The notes under the pieces are model-generated. The model did not search any database, was not told the DNA's origin, and was given only the letters and a program-made list of their open reading frames with translations. Shown here in pieces: positions 9,236-19,569 of a DNA stretch of 64,000 bases. The position numbers and the translations under genes were made by a program. Within the stretch, counting starts at the first letter, position 1, and every line of letters starts with the position of its first letter. The stretch is from positions 1 to 64,000 of the forward strand of contig CAXXSM010000130.1 of the NCBI GenBank assembly GCA_963663405.2, given 5' to 3'. The DNA comes from a bacterium. Its GTDB lineage: Bacteria > Hinthialibacterota > Hinthialibacteria > Hinthialibacterales > Hinthialibacteraceae.

Positions 9236-11323
9236 TCATTGAATGTATCCAAGTGATTTTAACGCTTTGCGCTGCACCGCGTCCAGTTCAAAATATTCAC
9301 TCGTCCCCGGTTCGGATTGCAGCCATTGATCTAATTGGAGACGATAATCTTCAGATACGGTAAGCGCCTCTTGATGCTTCTCTGGATTTGTTGGATCGGG
9401 AATAAGAAGGTTCTGGATCTCACCTTCTTTGGAACGCAGATCGAAGAGTTCATCTTCCGTATCTCGTGATTCCTCATCTAAATATTCGATAGTAATCGAT
9501 TGCATCCGTTTCCCTCCAAAGAGATTATTCGTTTCCCAGCGGATTTGAATGGTGTGAGGCGGACCTTCCCCAGCGTCCATCAATCCTTTGGACTGGACGG
9601 CTTCGAAATCCTCAATCACCCAGAAGGGTTTCCGGTAGCGGGGAGATTGCGGGAAGCGCAGGCTGGGCGCGTAAAGTTCAATCTGATCGATCTGAAAACT
9701 GCCGATGGATTGATTGTATGGCAGTGAAGCGTCTACACCAACGCCTTCCAACACCATCCATTGCGTAGGCCAGCCACGCGCCTCTCCATACTCCAACGCG
9801 ATTTCATAGATATCCGGTGAAACCTGCAACCGCCATCCATTGGGTGTAGTCAGAAAAGACGGTTGCGTGGCAGCTTCCTTATGAAGCGGATGAGAACCGA
9901 AAGACTCCGCGTAAACCGCCGTCGTATTAAGCCGAGTAAGAGCCTGGAAATTCCGGCTCGTATAGAGCTCTTTCGTCCGATATCGAACATGCGCCATCAG
10001 GCGGATGGAGGGATCGCCCTGAATTCGCAGTAATACGATGGTGGGGCCTTTTAATGGTATTTCGGTAAATACACCTAAGGGTGTTTCTGCACGGCGGCGC
10101 TTGGTGTGATAGATGAATTTATGCTCTCTCATCCGCAGCCCATACAATTTATTCGTGTCGCAAACCGGATCGGCTTCCGTTTCCAAAAAAGCCGGATGAC
10201 CGGGCGTTGAATCACTTGTTTCGAGAAGCCAAGGAACTAGAGAACGGCCATCCATGGAAACATCAGAATTGATGCCAAGAAGCGCCAGCAGAGTAGGGAG
10301 GAGATCAATCGCCTGCGCCTGTTCCGCAATGCGTATCCCCGCTTGGATTTTCTTGGGAAAACGAAGAAGAAACGGAATCCGAAGCGCCGGTTCATACAGG
10401 TCATCGCCGTGGAAAAAACGTCCCCCCTCGCCCAAGTTTTCCCCATGATCGGCGATCGCGGCGATGAGCGTGTTGTCAAGGATTTTTTGTTCCTCCATAA
10501 AATCAAGCAAGCGGCCGATATGATGATCCATATACGTCACTTCACCATGATAGAGCGCTTGAAGATGTTCGCGATCCCGTGAAGACAACGCGGAGCCTTT
10601 CGAAGCGGTCAGACGGGTGATATCACGGACTGTGCCCCGCAGCGCGCCTTCATAATCTGGATCGTATATGGAATGATACGGCGCCGGCGCGTCATAGGGA
10701 GTATGTGGATCGTAGAGATGAATCCAGAGGAAAAACGGCCCGTTACGCTTTTCTTTAAGAAAACCGATCGCTTCCGATATCGTCTCTTCGGCGCGCCGCT
10801 CAGGATATTGATTGTTTACATCTTGATTGATCGATCCAAGGCTGTAGGTTTGAAAACCTTGATCGAGTTTGAAATGAGGAGCGAGGACCTTGCCGCTGAT
10901 CATCGCGCCTGTCTCGTATCCATGCTGGAGCAGCATTTCCGCCAAGGTTTCTTCTTTATCGGAAACCCTCGCTGTCCGGAAGCGGACTCCCGAAGTTCGT
11001 GGAAGGCGCCCTGTCATCATGGAAGTGTGAGACGTGAGAGTCGCGGGGATATTACAAACCGCATTCTCGAACAACGCCCCTCCCGCCGCCAGGCGATCGA
11101 GGTTCGGCGTTTGAACGATCTCATTTCCATAACAGCCCAGCGCATCAGCGCGTAAGGTGTCCAGTGTCAATAGAAGGAGATTCGGCTTGTCCGGTTTGGA
11201 TGGACAATAGCTGAACAACAAGAAGAGGAATAGTATGAGAGGGATTCTATTCTTTCTCAATTTATTGTATCCACATTGAGATGTATTCATATACAAAAAT
11301 GGGCGGTCTAATCGATCGCCCAT
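9236..11323 (-). CDS. Sulfatase-like hydrolase/transferase, probable lipoprotein, with inserted domain
   Basis: PNLLLLTLDTLRAD, TPNLDRLA, HLYDPHTPY, ADHGE; ends ALKSLGYIQ; start may be further downstream. Confidence 0.85.
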   Translation of the reverse strand: MGDRLDRPFLYMNTSQCGYNKLRKNRIPLILFLFLLFSYCPSKPDKPNLLLLTLDTLRADALGCYGNEIVQTPNLDRLAAGGALFENAVCNIPATLTSHTSMMTGRLPRTSGVRFRTARVSDKEETLAEMLLQHGYETGAMISGKVLAPHFKLDQGFQTYSLGSINQDVNNQYPERRAEETISEAIGFLKEKRNGPFFLWIHLYDPHTPYDAPAPYHSIYDPDYEGALRGTVRDITRLTASKGSALSSRDREHLQALYHGEVTYMDHHIGRLLDFMEEQKILDNTLIAAIADHGENLGEGGRFFHGDDLYEPALRIPFLLRFPKKIQAGIRIAEQAQAIDLLPTLLALLGINSDVSMDGRSLVPWLLETSDSTPGHPAFLETEADPVCDTNKLYGLRMREHKFIYHTKRRRAETPLGVFTEIPLKGPTIVLLRIQGDPSIRLMAHVRYRTKELYTSRNFQALTRLNTTAVYAESFGSHPLHKEAATQPSFLTTPNGWRLQVSPDIYEIALEYGEARGWPTQWMVLEGVGVDASLPYNQSIGSFQIDQIELYAPSLRFPQSPRYRKPFWVIEDFEAVQSKGLMDAGEGPPHTIQIRWETNNLFGGKRMQSITIEYLDEESRDTEDELFDLRSKEGEIQNLLIPDPTNPEKHQEALTVSEDYRLQLDQWLQSEPGTSEYFELDAVQRKALKSLGYIQ

Positions 11324-11380
11324 GAGTCAATCCTTTTGAACATTCCGTTAAAAGAATCGGAGAATCCCGCTCTACCCCGG

Positions 11381-12340
11381 TCAGCCTAAATTCCGCAGAA
11401 GAGCGATCTCTTGTTTCAGGAGTCCTTCCCGTTCTTCTTTAGGGAACCGGCCAAGCGACTCGTCTTCAACGCAAAAGTCGCCTTGGTAGTTCACAGCGCG
11501 CAGGATAGAGGCGACGCGTTTAAAATCGATATCCCCCATATGGATGGGGGAGCAATACTTCCCGTATTCCCAACCCCGTGGCCGTTGGACATTGCGTTTC
11601 TCCGCCGGGTATTTGATGCTCTTGCAATGAGTGTGAACCGCACGGGACGCGAAGGTTTCGAAGATTTTATACAGCGAATCCAATGGATGCCCGAACCAAT
11701 AGAAATTGGCGGTGTCCAACGTTAATCCCAGCGCATCGGATCCCACGCCCGCAAACAAGTTGTTTAAGAATTCAGGATCGTTCGTCGTGTTTCCATGATT
11801 TTCGATTCCATAGCGGATATCCGTCCCCTTAACCAACTCGACAATCCGCTTGCATATTTTTATCGCGAAATCGAGAAACGCTTCACCTTGGATTTTGCGG
11901 GGAACGACATCGATTCGAATCGCGTTGACGTTCAACTGTTTGGCGGCGTCCACCACTTTGGCGCACCAAGCGGTTTCCTCTTCGGGGAATTCATCAAACC
12001 GATTGGGCATGGCGAACGCCGTGATTTTCAACCCGTTCTTTTTGACGGCTTCTCCCAGAGCGGCGATATCATCAGCCGTTTTGATGGAATAGCGTTCTTT
12101 TGGAAAGAGGTAGGGAAGAGTCAGATCCTTGTTAACCCAGATCTCCATTCCTTCCGCTCCGATTGTTTTTGCGGCGGCCCAAGTGTCAGGCGCGGGCACG
12201 TCTCTTAGGTGCGCGTCACGGCAGGCGATGACATTTTTTGTTTTATTGTTGGATGCGAAAGCGATCGCCGGTCCAGCGGCGAGACCGGCGCCGGCCGTGG
12301 CGAGAAATGACCGCCGGGTGACTGTTTGTTTGTTCATCAT
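11381..12340 (-). CDS. Sugar phosphate isomerase/epimerase (IolE / AP endonuclease 2 TIM barrel), Tat-exported
   Basis: TRRSFL Tat motif; IENHG, LDTANF, HTHCK, GDIDF, VEDE. Confidence 0.85.
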   Translation of the reverse strand: MMNKQTVTRRSFLATAGAGLAAGPAIAFASNNKTKNVIACRDAHLRDVPAPDTWAAAKTIGAEGMEIWVNKDLTLPYLFPKERYSIKTADDIAALGEAVKKNGLKITAFAMPNRFDEFPEEETAWCAKVVDAAKQLNVNAIRIDVVPRKIQGEAFLDFAIKICKRIVELVKGTDIRYGIENHGNTTNDPEFLNNLFAGVGSDALGLTLDTANFYWFGHPLDSLYKIFETFASRAVHTHCKSIKYPAEKRNVQRPRGWEYGKYCSPIHMGDIDFKRVASILRAVNYQGDFCVEDESLGRFPKEEREGLLKQEIALLRNLG

Positions 12341-12481
12341 GTTCAATTCCTTCATTTGAGTATAGATTCGAATCGCGTAAGAAAAAAATACGCGGAACAC
12401 TCTAGTGTTGAGATTACTATAAAATTAAAAAGAGAATAAGGGAGCGCTCAGTGGAATGAGAGAAAACGCTTCGATCTTATT

Positions 12482-13726
12482 CTATCCTTTCAAGCGGTGA
12501 AACCGTGGTTCCCGGATAAAACGGAACGCGCAGAACATCACCCATACGGCAAAAAACGCTGATAGAAAAAAGATTCCTTCATATCCTATAAAGGGGATCA
12601 ATCCACCGCCCAACATTCCCGAAAGAAAAAAGGGCGCCGTCAGCGTATAACTCAAAGCGAAATAGGTCGGCCGGTCACGGGAGCCGGTATACTCCAGCGG
12701 CATGGTGATAAAGGTGATGATCTGGATGCTGCGGTTCGCTCCTAATAGAATGAATAGGAGGTAAAAAATAGACGGATGGGGCGCGAGAACCGCCATCAGA
12801 TTTTGGATGATTACGATTACGCCAAACAGGATCATATTTACCCGGTGCCCGTACCGGTCGGCGATCCATCCAAAAAGAAACGAGCAACTGATCTGCCCGG
12901 CCATATAGCAACTGGTAAACACACCCGCTGTGGATGGAGGTAATGAAAACCGTGTGATCCCGTAAACCGAATAAAAACCAAACGAAATCAAAGAGAGCAG
13001 CATCCCCGCCTTCATAAACAAAAACCAACGGAAATCCTTATCGTTTTTCAAAATCCGGGGGATATGTTTGAAATAATAACTTTGTAAACTTTCGTGTGAC
13101 CGGACTGGCCGGCGTGGTTCATGGACAAAAATCAGGCATATGAAGGATGCGAGATAAAATCCGTAGCAAGTAAAAAATAGCAAGGAAAAATTGACGGGAA
13201 AATGAACCGTGTTCAAAAGATAGGCTGTTAAAAAACCCGCTCCGATCCCAATGACGCCCGCGAAACTCTGCCGTAGCGCGAACAACCGCCCCCGGCGCGT
13301 TTCCGGCACCGTCGATGCGAGAAACGAACTCCACGCCGGGCCCATTGTTCCCCCGATCAAAGCGCCGGTGACGATCAGCCCTAAGACGATGGAAACACCG
13401 CCAACTCCAGCGATCTTTCCAAATAATAGAAGCAACCCCACTATCAACCAGGGCAGGCGCTGAATGAACGCCACAATCAGCACACAGAGTTTCTTCCGCG
13501 CCATTCCATCGATAAATGGAGCGGTCAGAATTTGTGGCAAGGCTCCCCCCATTTCCGTCAGGGCGAATATGCCCCCGATCGCAATCTCACTGCCGCCCAA
13601 CCGGTAAATCAATACCGACAACACAATTTCCGGTGAGACGAACGCCAGTCCTCCCATGTACAGCGCACCATCAAACAAGTGCAGTATAAAATTACGCGCG
13701 GCGTATGGTTTAGAGGAATTCGGCAT
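12482..13726 (-). CDS. MFS transporter
   Basis: About 12 hydrophobic segments; GWIADRYGHR motif A. Confidence 0.9.
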   Translation of the reverse strand: MPNSSKPYAARNFILHLFDGALYMGGLAFVSPEIVLSVLIYRLGGSEIAIGGIFALTEMGGALPQILTAPFIDGMARKKLCVLIVAFIQRLPWLIVGLLLLFGKIAGVGGVSIVLGLIVTGALIGGTMGPAWSSFLASTVPETRRGRLFALRQSFAGVIGIGAGFLTAYLLNTVHFPVNFSLLFFTCYGFYLASFICLIFVHEPRRPVRSHESLQSYYFKHIPRILKNDKDFRWFLFMKAGMLLSLISFGFYSVYGITRFSLPPSTAGVFTSCYMAGQISCSFLFGWIADRYGHRVNMILFGVIVIIQNLMAVLAPHPSIFYLLFILLGANRSIQIITFITMPLEYTGSRDRPTYFALSYTLTAPFFLSGMLGGGLIPFIGYEGIFFLSAFFAVWVMFCAFRFIREPRFHRLKG

Positions 13727-14018
13727 AGCGATTTTCCACGAATCACAATTCCCTTTCTTTCATTTGGCAAATAAGAATACTTGCTTCCACACCGCCGGGG
13801 AATTCCTCTAGATCGGCGTTTCTTCAAAAAGGGAACGATTCGAATACAACGAAGAAAACTTGCGATGGTGTATATTAAAAATTCAAACTGTGATAAGATA
13901 AACGAATCCCAGCATTAGAGAAAGGTGGGGATTCTTTTGCGGGCGCCCGGAGCAATGATCAAAGGCCAAATTATCGTTCGGACTGTAATATCTTTCACAT
14001 CGCTAAGGAGGCGCGTGC

Positions 14019-14450
14019 ATGGCGCTTGATAAAAAACCGCGCTGGCTCTATCGATTTGATAATTTTCAACGGGCATACAAAATGCTGCGTGAGGCGATCG
14101 AACTGGCCGGAGAAAGGGAACTGACTCAGCTTGAAAAAGAAGGTGTTATCCAGCGGTTTGAGTATACGATCGAACTGGCGTGGAAGACAATGAAAGACTA
14201 TCTCGAACATCAAAATGTAGTCTTTGCTCAGATCACACCGCGCGCTGTGATAAAAGAATCGTTCACCGCAAAACTGATCCTCGAAGGGCAAACATGGATG
14301 AATGCCTTGGATGCGAGAAATAAAATGTCTCATACATATGACCTGATAATATTCGAGCAAGTGATTGAGGACATAAAAACACATTATTTGAAGATTATCG
14401 AAGAACTATACTTCCAACTGCTCCAGTACGCTCAACCAAACGAGGGCTAA
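14019..14450 (+). CDS. HEPN ribonuclease-type toxin (HI0074 family nucleotidyltransferase substrate-binding protein)
   Basis: EGVIQRFEYTIELAWKTMKDYL; RNKMSHTY (Rx4H). Confidence 0.9.
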   Translation: MALDKKPRWLYRFDNFQRAYKMLREAIELAGERELTQLEKEGVIQRFEYTIELAWKTMKDYLEHQNVVFAQITPRAVIKESFTAKLILEGQTWMNALDARNKMSHTYDLIIFEQVIEDIKTHYLKIIEELYFQLLQYAQPNEG

Positions 14451-14452
14451 CG

Positions 14453-14815
14453 ATGGATTCTGATGAAACACACGGTTTAACAGCCCATCAAATTGAAACT
14501 ATCAAGACCATTCTCGCTCCGTTTGCCGCTCAAATCGAACGAATTGGACTTTTCGGCTCCCGCGCACAGAATCAACATCATCCTTACTCTGATATCGATC
14601 TTGTTTTTTACGGTTCTATCGATCAAAAAACGGCGGATCGCATTTGGACACTATTCAACGAAAGCAGCCTTCCAATGAAAGTTGACGTTGCCGTCTATGA
14701 TTTAATCAAAAATCCGGACCTGAAAGCGCATATCGATCGCGTGAGTCTTCTTTTTCTAACGCGTGAAACGATAGTGGAAGAAAGACCCAAAATAAAAGGA
14801 GGAATGTCACAATGA
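14453..14815 (+). CDS. Minimal nucleotidyltransferase (MNT) antitoxin
   Basis: LFGSRA...YSDIDL motif; directly downstream of the HEPN gene. Confidence 0.9.
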   Translation: MDSDETHGLTAHQIETIKTILAPFAAQIERIGLFGSRAQNQHHPYSDIDLVFYGSIDQKTADRIWTLFNESSLPMKVDVAVYDLIKNPDLKAHIDRVSLLFLTRETIVEERPKIKGGMSQ

Positions 14816-15714
14816 TACCCGTGCTTCATTCCGTGAGTTACGCAGGTTTTTGGGGACAGGACGCGCTGAGTTTGGATGAGTTCATCCCGCATGCGGCGTC
14901 GCTGGGATACGCGGGGGTGATGCTGATGATGAAACGGCCTCATCTTTCCCCGCTGGATTATGATGATGAACGAGTCAATGAATTGGCTGATCTGCTGGAG
15001 GAGAATCAGCTCACCGTGGCCTGTCTTGCGGCGTACAGCGACCCCGGCTGCGGTTTTGCCGCCCTATCAGGTCCGTTCGCCCCAATCAATGAAATGCAGC
15101 TCTATAATATTCGGCGCTATGCGGAAATGGCTCAGCGCCTGAAAGCGCCGCTGATCCGTCTGTTGACTGGTTTGGACGTAACGGGCGAAAATTACACAAC
15201 GATGTGGGATCGTTGTGTCCGGTTTATGCGGGAAGCCTGTGAGATCGTTGAACCATTCGGAGTCAACATCGGCATTCAAAACCATGATGACATTGGCGGG
15301 CATTATCTGTCTATGGCGGATTTGATCGACGAAATCAACCGCCCGAACTGTAAAGCCTGCTTCGACGCCTGGTCGGTCGCGCTGCACGGCGAGGATCTCG
15401 CGGAAGCGGCTCACCATATGGGCTCCCGCACGGTTCACACCACCGTCGCCGATTACGTAAAACGCCCCCGGTTCAAGTATCATCATCCCGGTGGAGGCAA
15501 CGTCTTCGAATGCACGCTCGATGAAGTCAAAGCAGTGGCCCCAGGCGATGGATTTATCGATTATCCCAAATTCTTCGACGCCCTCAAAGCCGAAGGATTC
15601 AATGGAACCGTCGCGTTTGAAATGTGCTCACCGATCCAAGGCGGCGGCGCCATGGAAAACCTGGACGCCTACGCCAAACGCTTTCTTGAGTTTCTCAACC
15701 CTTGGATGGATTAA
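14812..15714 (+). CDS. Sugar phosphate isomerase/epimerase family protein
   Basis: IQNHDD, CFDAW, GDGFIDY, FEMC TIM-barrel motifs. Confidence 0.85.
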   Translation: MIPVLHSVSYAGFWGQDALSLDEFIPHAASLGYAGVMLMMKRPHLSPLDYDDERVNELADLLEENQLTVACLAAYSDPGCGFAALSGPFAPINEMQLYNIRRYAEMAQRLKAPLIRLLTGLDVTGENYTTMWDRCVRFMREACEIVEPFGVNIGIQNHDDIGGHYLSMADLIDEINRPNCKACFDAWSVALHGEDLAEAAHHMGSRTVHTTVADYVKRPRFKYHHPGGGNVFECTLDEVKAVAPGDGFIDYPKFFDALKAEGFNGTVAFEMCSPIQGGGAMENLDAYAKRFLEFLNPWMD

Positions 15715-15757
15715 AGATCCTCTTTCGTTTCCATCATTATTTGCCCAACAACTCGAT

Positions 15758-17713
15758 TCAATCTTCCACTATTAAATAGACATGAACATCCAACGGCGCA
15801 AAACGGTCGCGGATCAATCCATCTTCCATTGTGACACTTCGCTCTTCAGACATGACAGGAACGTCATTCGATGATCGCAGTGGGCATTGAATCCGGGCGT
15901 GGATCGTTTCGGTTTGTGAGATATTCACCGCGAAAACAACCATAGTACCATCTGGGCCGCGTTTGGCTGTGGCGCGGATACGGTTGTCACCCGTTCCCAA
16001 CCGTTCGCCCAATCCAGGATAGACGAGAACCGGTTCCAATTGATGAAATTCTTTGAGCAATTGCAACTGCGCGTTCCAAAGTTCAGGTTTCGCTTCAGGT
16101 AGAATCGGCCCTTGGTAACGAAAACTGAACCACAACATCGCTTTCACACCGGCTTGAACCGCTAAATACGACATCATGCGATGCTCTTTCACTGTTGGGA
16201 ACCGGTCGCCGGGCCATTCGAAGAGTTGCCCGCAATGCCAGACGGGAAGATCTCCGTCCGATGTGGCGTACGCTTTCATAATATTGTCCCCAACGCTCTC
16301 GATCCGGCCTTGTGTAATGGGGTATGTGTCCACCGCGAGAACATCACAACAACGTCCAAACGTCTCATACACAGTTGGATCGGTAATCACAAGGTACACC
16401 GGATGGACCGGATCTTCCTTTCGGATTAACTTATACGCTTCATGCATCTGCAGAAGATCCGCTTTGTTGTATCCCGGTTCATCGAAGAGCATCCAAAACA
16501 GCAGCGCTGGATGATCCCGGTGCTTTTCGATCGTTTCCCGGATATGATCGAGCCATTGATCACCGCTTCCGTGCATAGAGACGCCCACTTTCAAACCGGC
16601 TTTCTCCGCCGCGTCAAGAGAAGAGGCGCTCCCCATAACAAATGTGTACCCGGCTTCACGCAGCAATGGATAATGCTCCACCGCCGCGCCATAGGTTCCA
16701 ATCGGAAAGAACGGTTTTCCATTTTCATCCCGCAGGGCGAGATCGTTTCCCAAGCGCTGAGGAAGACCGAATCGGGGCAGCCGCCCTTTGAAATGAGTGA
16801 TTTCCGTCATGAACGTGTTTCGATCCGGCAGAGGGTATGTCGCCCGGATGACGAATTTCCCATCCGGAATGTTCGAGAGTGGATACGTGGAGACATATCC
16901 CTCGCGTCCTTCAAACGTTGCGATCGGCCCCCCGCTGGAGCGTTCAATATCATAGCGAACGCGGGCGCCGGGTGTAAGCGCCTCCAGCCGGTGGGGTGTT
17001 CCGAAGGTGATCTGGAGCGTATTCTCTTTCGTAACAGCAGTGAGTTTCGTATGCAGATGGAGCGATTTTAAAATCGATTGCTTAGTCTCCTTATAGTCCA
17101 ATAACCGGAACGCCAATCCAAAATCCCCCGTGCCCTCGCACACTTTCAACAAGAGTCGATTTCGGCCTTTTTTGAGCGTAATCGGGACATAGTCATCATC
17201 CGCCTCCAACCACCGCCCATCCGGAATCGAAAACACGTGGACGAGTTCTCCATCAAACCAGCATTTGACATTATCGTTGCTGCCGATCGCCGCCATCACA
17301 CGCCGCTCGTCCGGCGAATCGATCCAGCAAAACGCGTACGCGACAACATTATCATTTGGAGTCATAATATCATTTAAATGAACCAGATCAGTCTTCGATT
17401 GATGGAGAAACCACGAACGCGGAGTAGATAAATCCGGATGTGAAATAGAATCTCCCACTTTGGGTTCGATCTTGGCCTCCCCCCCTGCGTCTTTTAATAG
17501 ATCAGTAAGAAAACCTACGCACCGTTCCCCATGCTTGTAATCAGTCAAATTGAAATCATCGCTATTGGGAAATGGCCCGCAAAGCAGCCAATCGCGAAAA
17601 AACTCACCCGTTTTCTCAGCCGAATAAACCGGCGCCTCATCCGCGCTGTAAGAAGAAGAAACTGGAATTAAGAATAGAACCAATGAAAAGAGCAGAAAAC
17701 GTTTAATACGCAT
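15758..17713 (-). CDS. Secreted putative glycoside hydrolase: N-terminal beta-sandwich plus TIM barrel
   Basis: Signal peptide; WLLCGPF...GSNDNVKCW...LLLKV domain; GKPFFPIG, LFDEP, AVDTYP; ends FAPLDVHVY. Confidence 0.65.
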   Translation of the reverse strand: MRIKRFLLFSLVLFLIPVSSSYSADEAPVYSAEKTGEFFRDWLLCGPFPNSDDFNLTDYKHGERCVGFLTDLLKDAGGEAKIEPKVGDSISHPDLSTPRSWFLHQSKTDLVHLNDIMTPNDNVVAYAFCWIDSPDERRVMAAIGSNDNVKCWFDGELVHVFSIPDGRWLEADDDYVPITLKKGRNRLLLKVCEGTGDFGLAFRLLDYKETKQSILKSLHLHTKLTAVTKENTLQITFGTPHRLEALTPGARVRYDIERSSGGPIATFEGREGYVSTYPLSNIPDGKFVIRATYPLPDRNTFMTEITHFKGRLPRFGLPQRLGNDLALRDENGKPFFPIGTYGAAVEHYPLLREAGYTFVMGSASSLDAAEKAGLKVGVSMHGSGDQWLDHIRETIEKHRDHPALLFWMLFDEPGYNKADLLQMHEAYKLIRKEDPVHPVYLVITDPTVYETFGRCCDVLAVDTYPITQGRIESVGDNIMKAYATSDGDLPVWHCGQLFEWPGDRFPTVKEHRMMSYLAVQAGVKAMLWFSFRYQGPILPEAKPELWNAQLQLLKEFHQLEPVLVYPGLGERLGTGDNRIRATAKRGPDGTMVVFAVNISQTETIHARIQCPLRSSNDVPVMSEERSVTMEDGLIRDRFAPLDVHVYLIVED

Positions 17714-18004
17714 TGAACCAGACTCCTTGATGAATATCTGTTCCGTTAACGAAACAGATAAAATGTAAGATCAACAATATACTTCAAGATGAGAGTTTGA
17801 ATAGAGAAGTCCAATATTAAACGGATCTGATTTCTATGTGGTTTATTGATAGAATCTCTCTTTGTTAAAGTGATCTTCGATTTGAGAGAGTAAAACTATT
17901 TTCCCCAAAAGAAAACTCCCGCCCTCTCCGGATTTTCGCTGGATTTGCTACAATGAATCGTTCCCAAAATTCACGATTGACTCGAATCGATCGGGGAGGT
18001 TCTC

Positions 18005-19360
18005 ATGCCGAACGCTTTTTATCGCGCCGCGAATCCGGAATATACCATCGTTGACAGCGTGAAGGATTCCCTGCGGTTCACAACCCGCAAGTGTCTGACG
18101 ACGTACAACGGCAACCTGTGTGCGACGTCCACCTTTGTTGATCCGGAGGGTAAACCACAGCCCTGGCATGAGTTTGGGGAATTGGAAGGCGTCGGCTGGG
18201 CTGCGAACGCTGTGGGGGGCGCGTTCGAGATGCTCTGGTACGCTCGTATTTTCAACGATCAACGCATTCGCGCGATTGCGATATCTGTGCTCTATCACGC
18301 CCTGGAAGGCCGGTTCTTCGAAGAAGATGGTTTCATGAGACCCTACCGGGATATTCCCACGGACAAGCGCTATCTCAATTATCTCCACCAAGACCGGTTC
18401 GACACGTGGTTCTGCCCAGGCTCGTTCGCCAATGTGGCGCTGCAGCTGTTCTGGGCGTCGGATGAAGTGGACGGATCGTTACGCGAGCGTCTGCGCGAAA
18501 CTGCGCTCCAAACAGCCCGCTGGTTATGGGAGCGTATCGGACGTTGTGAAAACGGTTGGTATCCGCGCCGGGTGGATCCAGATGGGAAAAACTTCGATCA
18601 CACCGCCTGGGGAACCGGGAAAGACCGGCAGTTCGATCACAGCGGCGACGGGTCCTTTCTCCTCTGGCTATGGATTGAATTAACCAACCGGGGATACCGG
18701 GATTGCACAAAGGAAATCCGGCGCGCCGCGAATGTGTTTCGCGAGATCGGCGGCGCGTTCGGCAGTATCAATCTGGATACGTACGACGATCACGAGAATG
18801 TCGCGTATAGTATCGGATTCCGCGTCCTGATCCGGGCGGCGGCGTTGCTGCGGGACAACTCGTTGTATGAATGGGCGCTCGAACATTGCTTGCATGGCTT
18901 AGAGCGGTTCGAGATGAAAGACGACCGCAACGGCGTGGCGACACAGGGGCTTCTCTATATGGAAGATTCCTGGGACACGTCCTATTTATGGGAAAATGCG
19001 GAAGCGGTGATGGCTTATTTCGAAGCCGCCGAACGAAACCGGAACCGGGAGTATGAAATCAAGGGGCTGACGATTCTCCGGGCGGCGGCGCTGCACCATC
19101 ACGGCCCGTATGGTTTCCTGACTGAAGGCGTTGATTGGAATAACCATAACGGCCAGTGGCGGGAATTGGAGAATCAGAAAATCCCGATTCATGTCGGTGG
19201 CGTAGTCTACGGAGACGTAAATTACACACAGCCGTTTTTAAATAATATGCACATCAGCGCCCCAACGCTCTACTATCTCGAACGCCTCGCGCTTCGAAAA
19301 CAAACAGATGAAGGAACGGCCTTGATGGATTGTGAAAACAATCGTTTAGTGGTTTTGTGA
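18005..19360 (+). CDS. Hypothetical protein, probable (alpha/alpha)6 six-hairpin glycosidase-like fold
   Basis: 451 aa helical Trp/Tyr-rich protein with GGAGG RBS; family assignment is inference. Confidence 0.6.
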   Translation: MPNAFYRAANPEYTIVDSVKDSLRFTTRKCLTTYNGNLCATSTFVDPEGKPQPWHEFGELEGVGWAANAVGGAFEMLWYARIFNDQRIRAIAISVLYHALEGRFFEEDGFMRPYRDIPTDKRYLNYLHQDRFDTWFCPGSFANVALQLFWASDEVDGSLRERLRETALQTARWLWERIGRCENGWYPRRVDPDGKNFDHTAWGTGKDRQFDHSGDGSFLLWLWIELTNRGYRDCTKEIRRAANVFREIGGAFGSINLDTYDDHENVAYSIGFRVLIRAAALLRDNSLYEWALEHCLHGLERFEMKDDRNGVATQGLLYMEDSWDTSYLWENAEAVMAYFEAAERNRNREYEIKGLTILRAAALHHHGPYGFLTEGVDWNNHNGQWRELENQKIPIHVGGVVYGDVNYTQPFLNNMHISAPTLYYLERLALRKQTDEGTALMDCENNRLVVL

Positions 19361-19386
19361 TGGATGTTACGTAAATCAGATGGTTT

Positions 19387-19530
19387 TTTGTCTGAATCAG
19401 GATGGCCAGGATTAAAGGATAACCAGGATTTTTTCTGAATTCAATGTTGTATACATTCGATGACAGTTTAGGCTCTCATGATTCCTATCCTGAATATCCT
19501 ATTTATCCAGGATATCCTGATTCTGATAAA
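19387..19530. repeat. Imperfect long inverted repeat (family A), MITE/REP-like
   Basis: Left arm TCTGAATCAGGAT-GGCCAGGAT-TAAAGGAT-AACCAGGAT; right arm ATCCTGAATATCCT...ATCCTGATTCTGA; homologous arms at 52471, 52990 and 59623. Confidence 0.8.
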
Positions 19531-19569
19531 AGAATAGAGTATATTCTCAACATAGAAAGGAACTACAAA

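Noticed and set aside
13895-13970. Stem-loops upstream of the HEPN gene as a c-di-GMP riboswitch
   Set aside because: The conserved c-di-GMP-I aptamer motifs could not be matched by eye
19444-19569. N-terminal extension of the FAH ORF (YPEYPIYPGYPD)
   Set aside because: It is the translation of the family A repeat arm; the real start is probably ATG 19570
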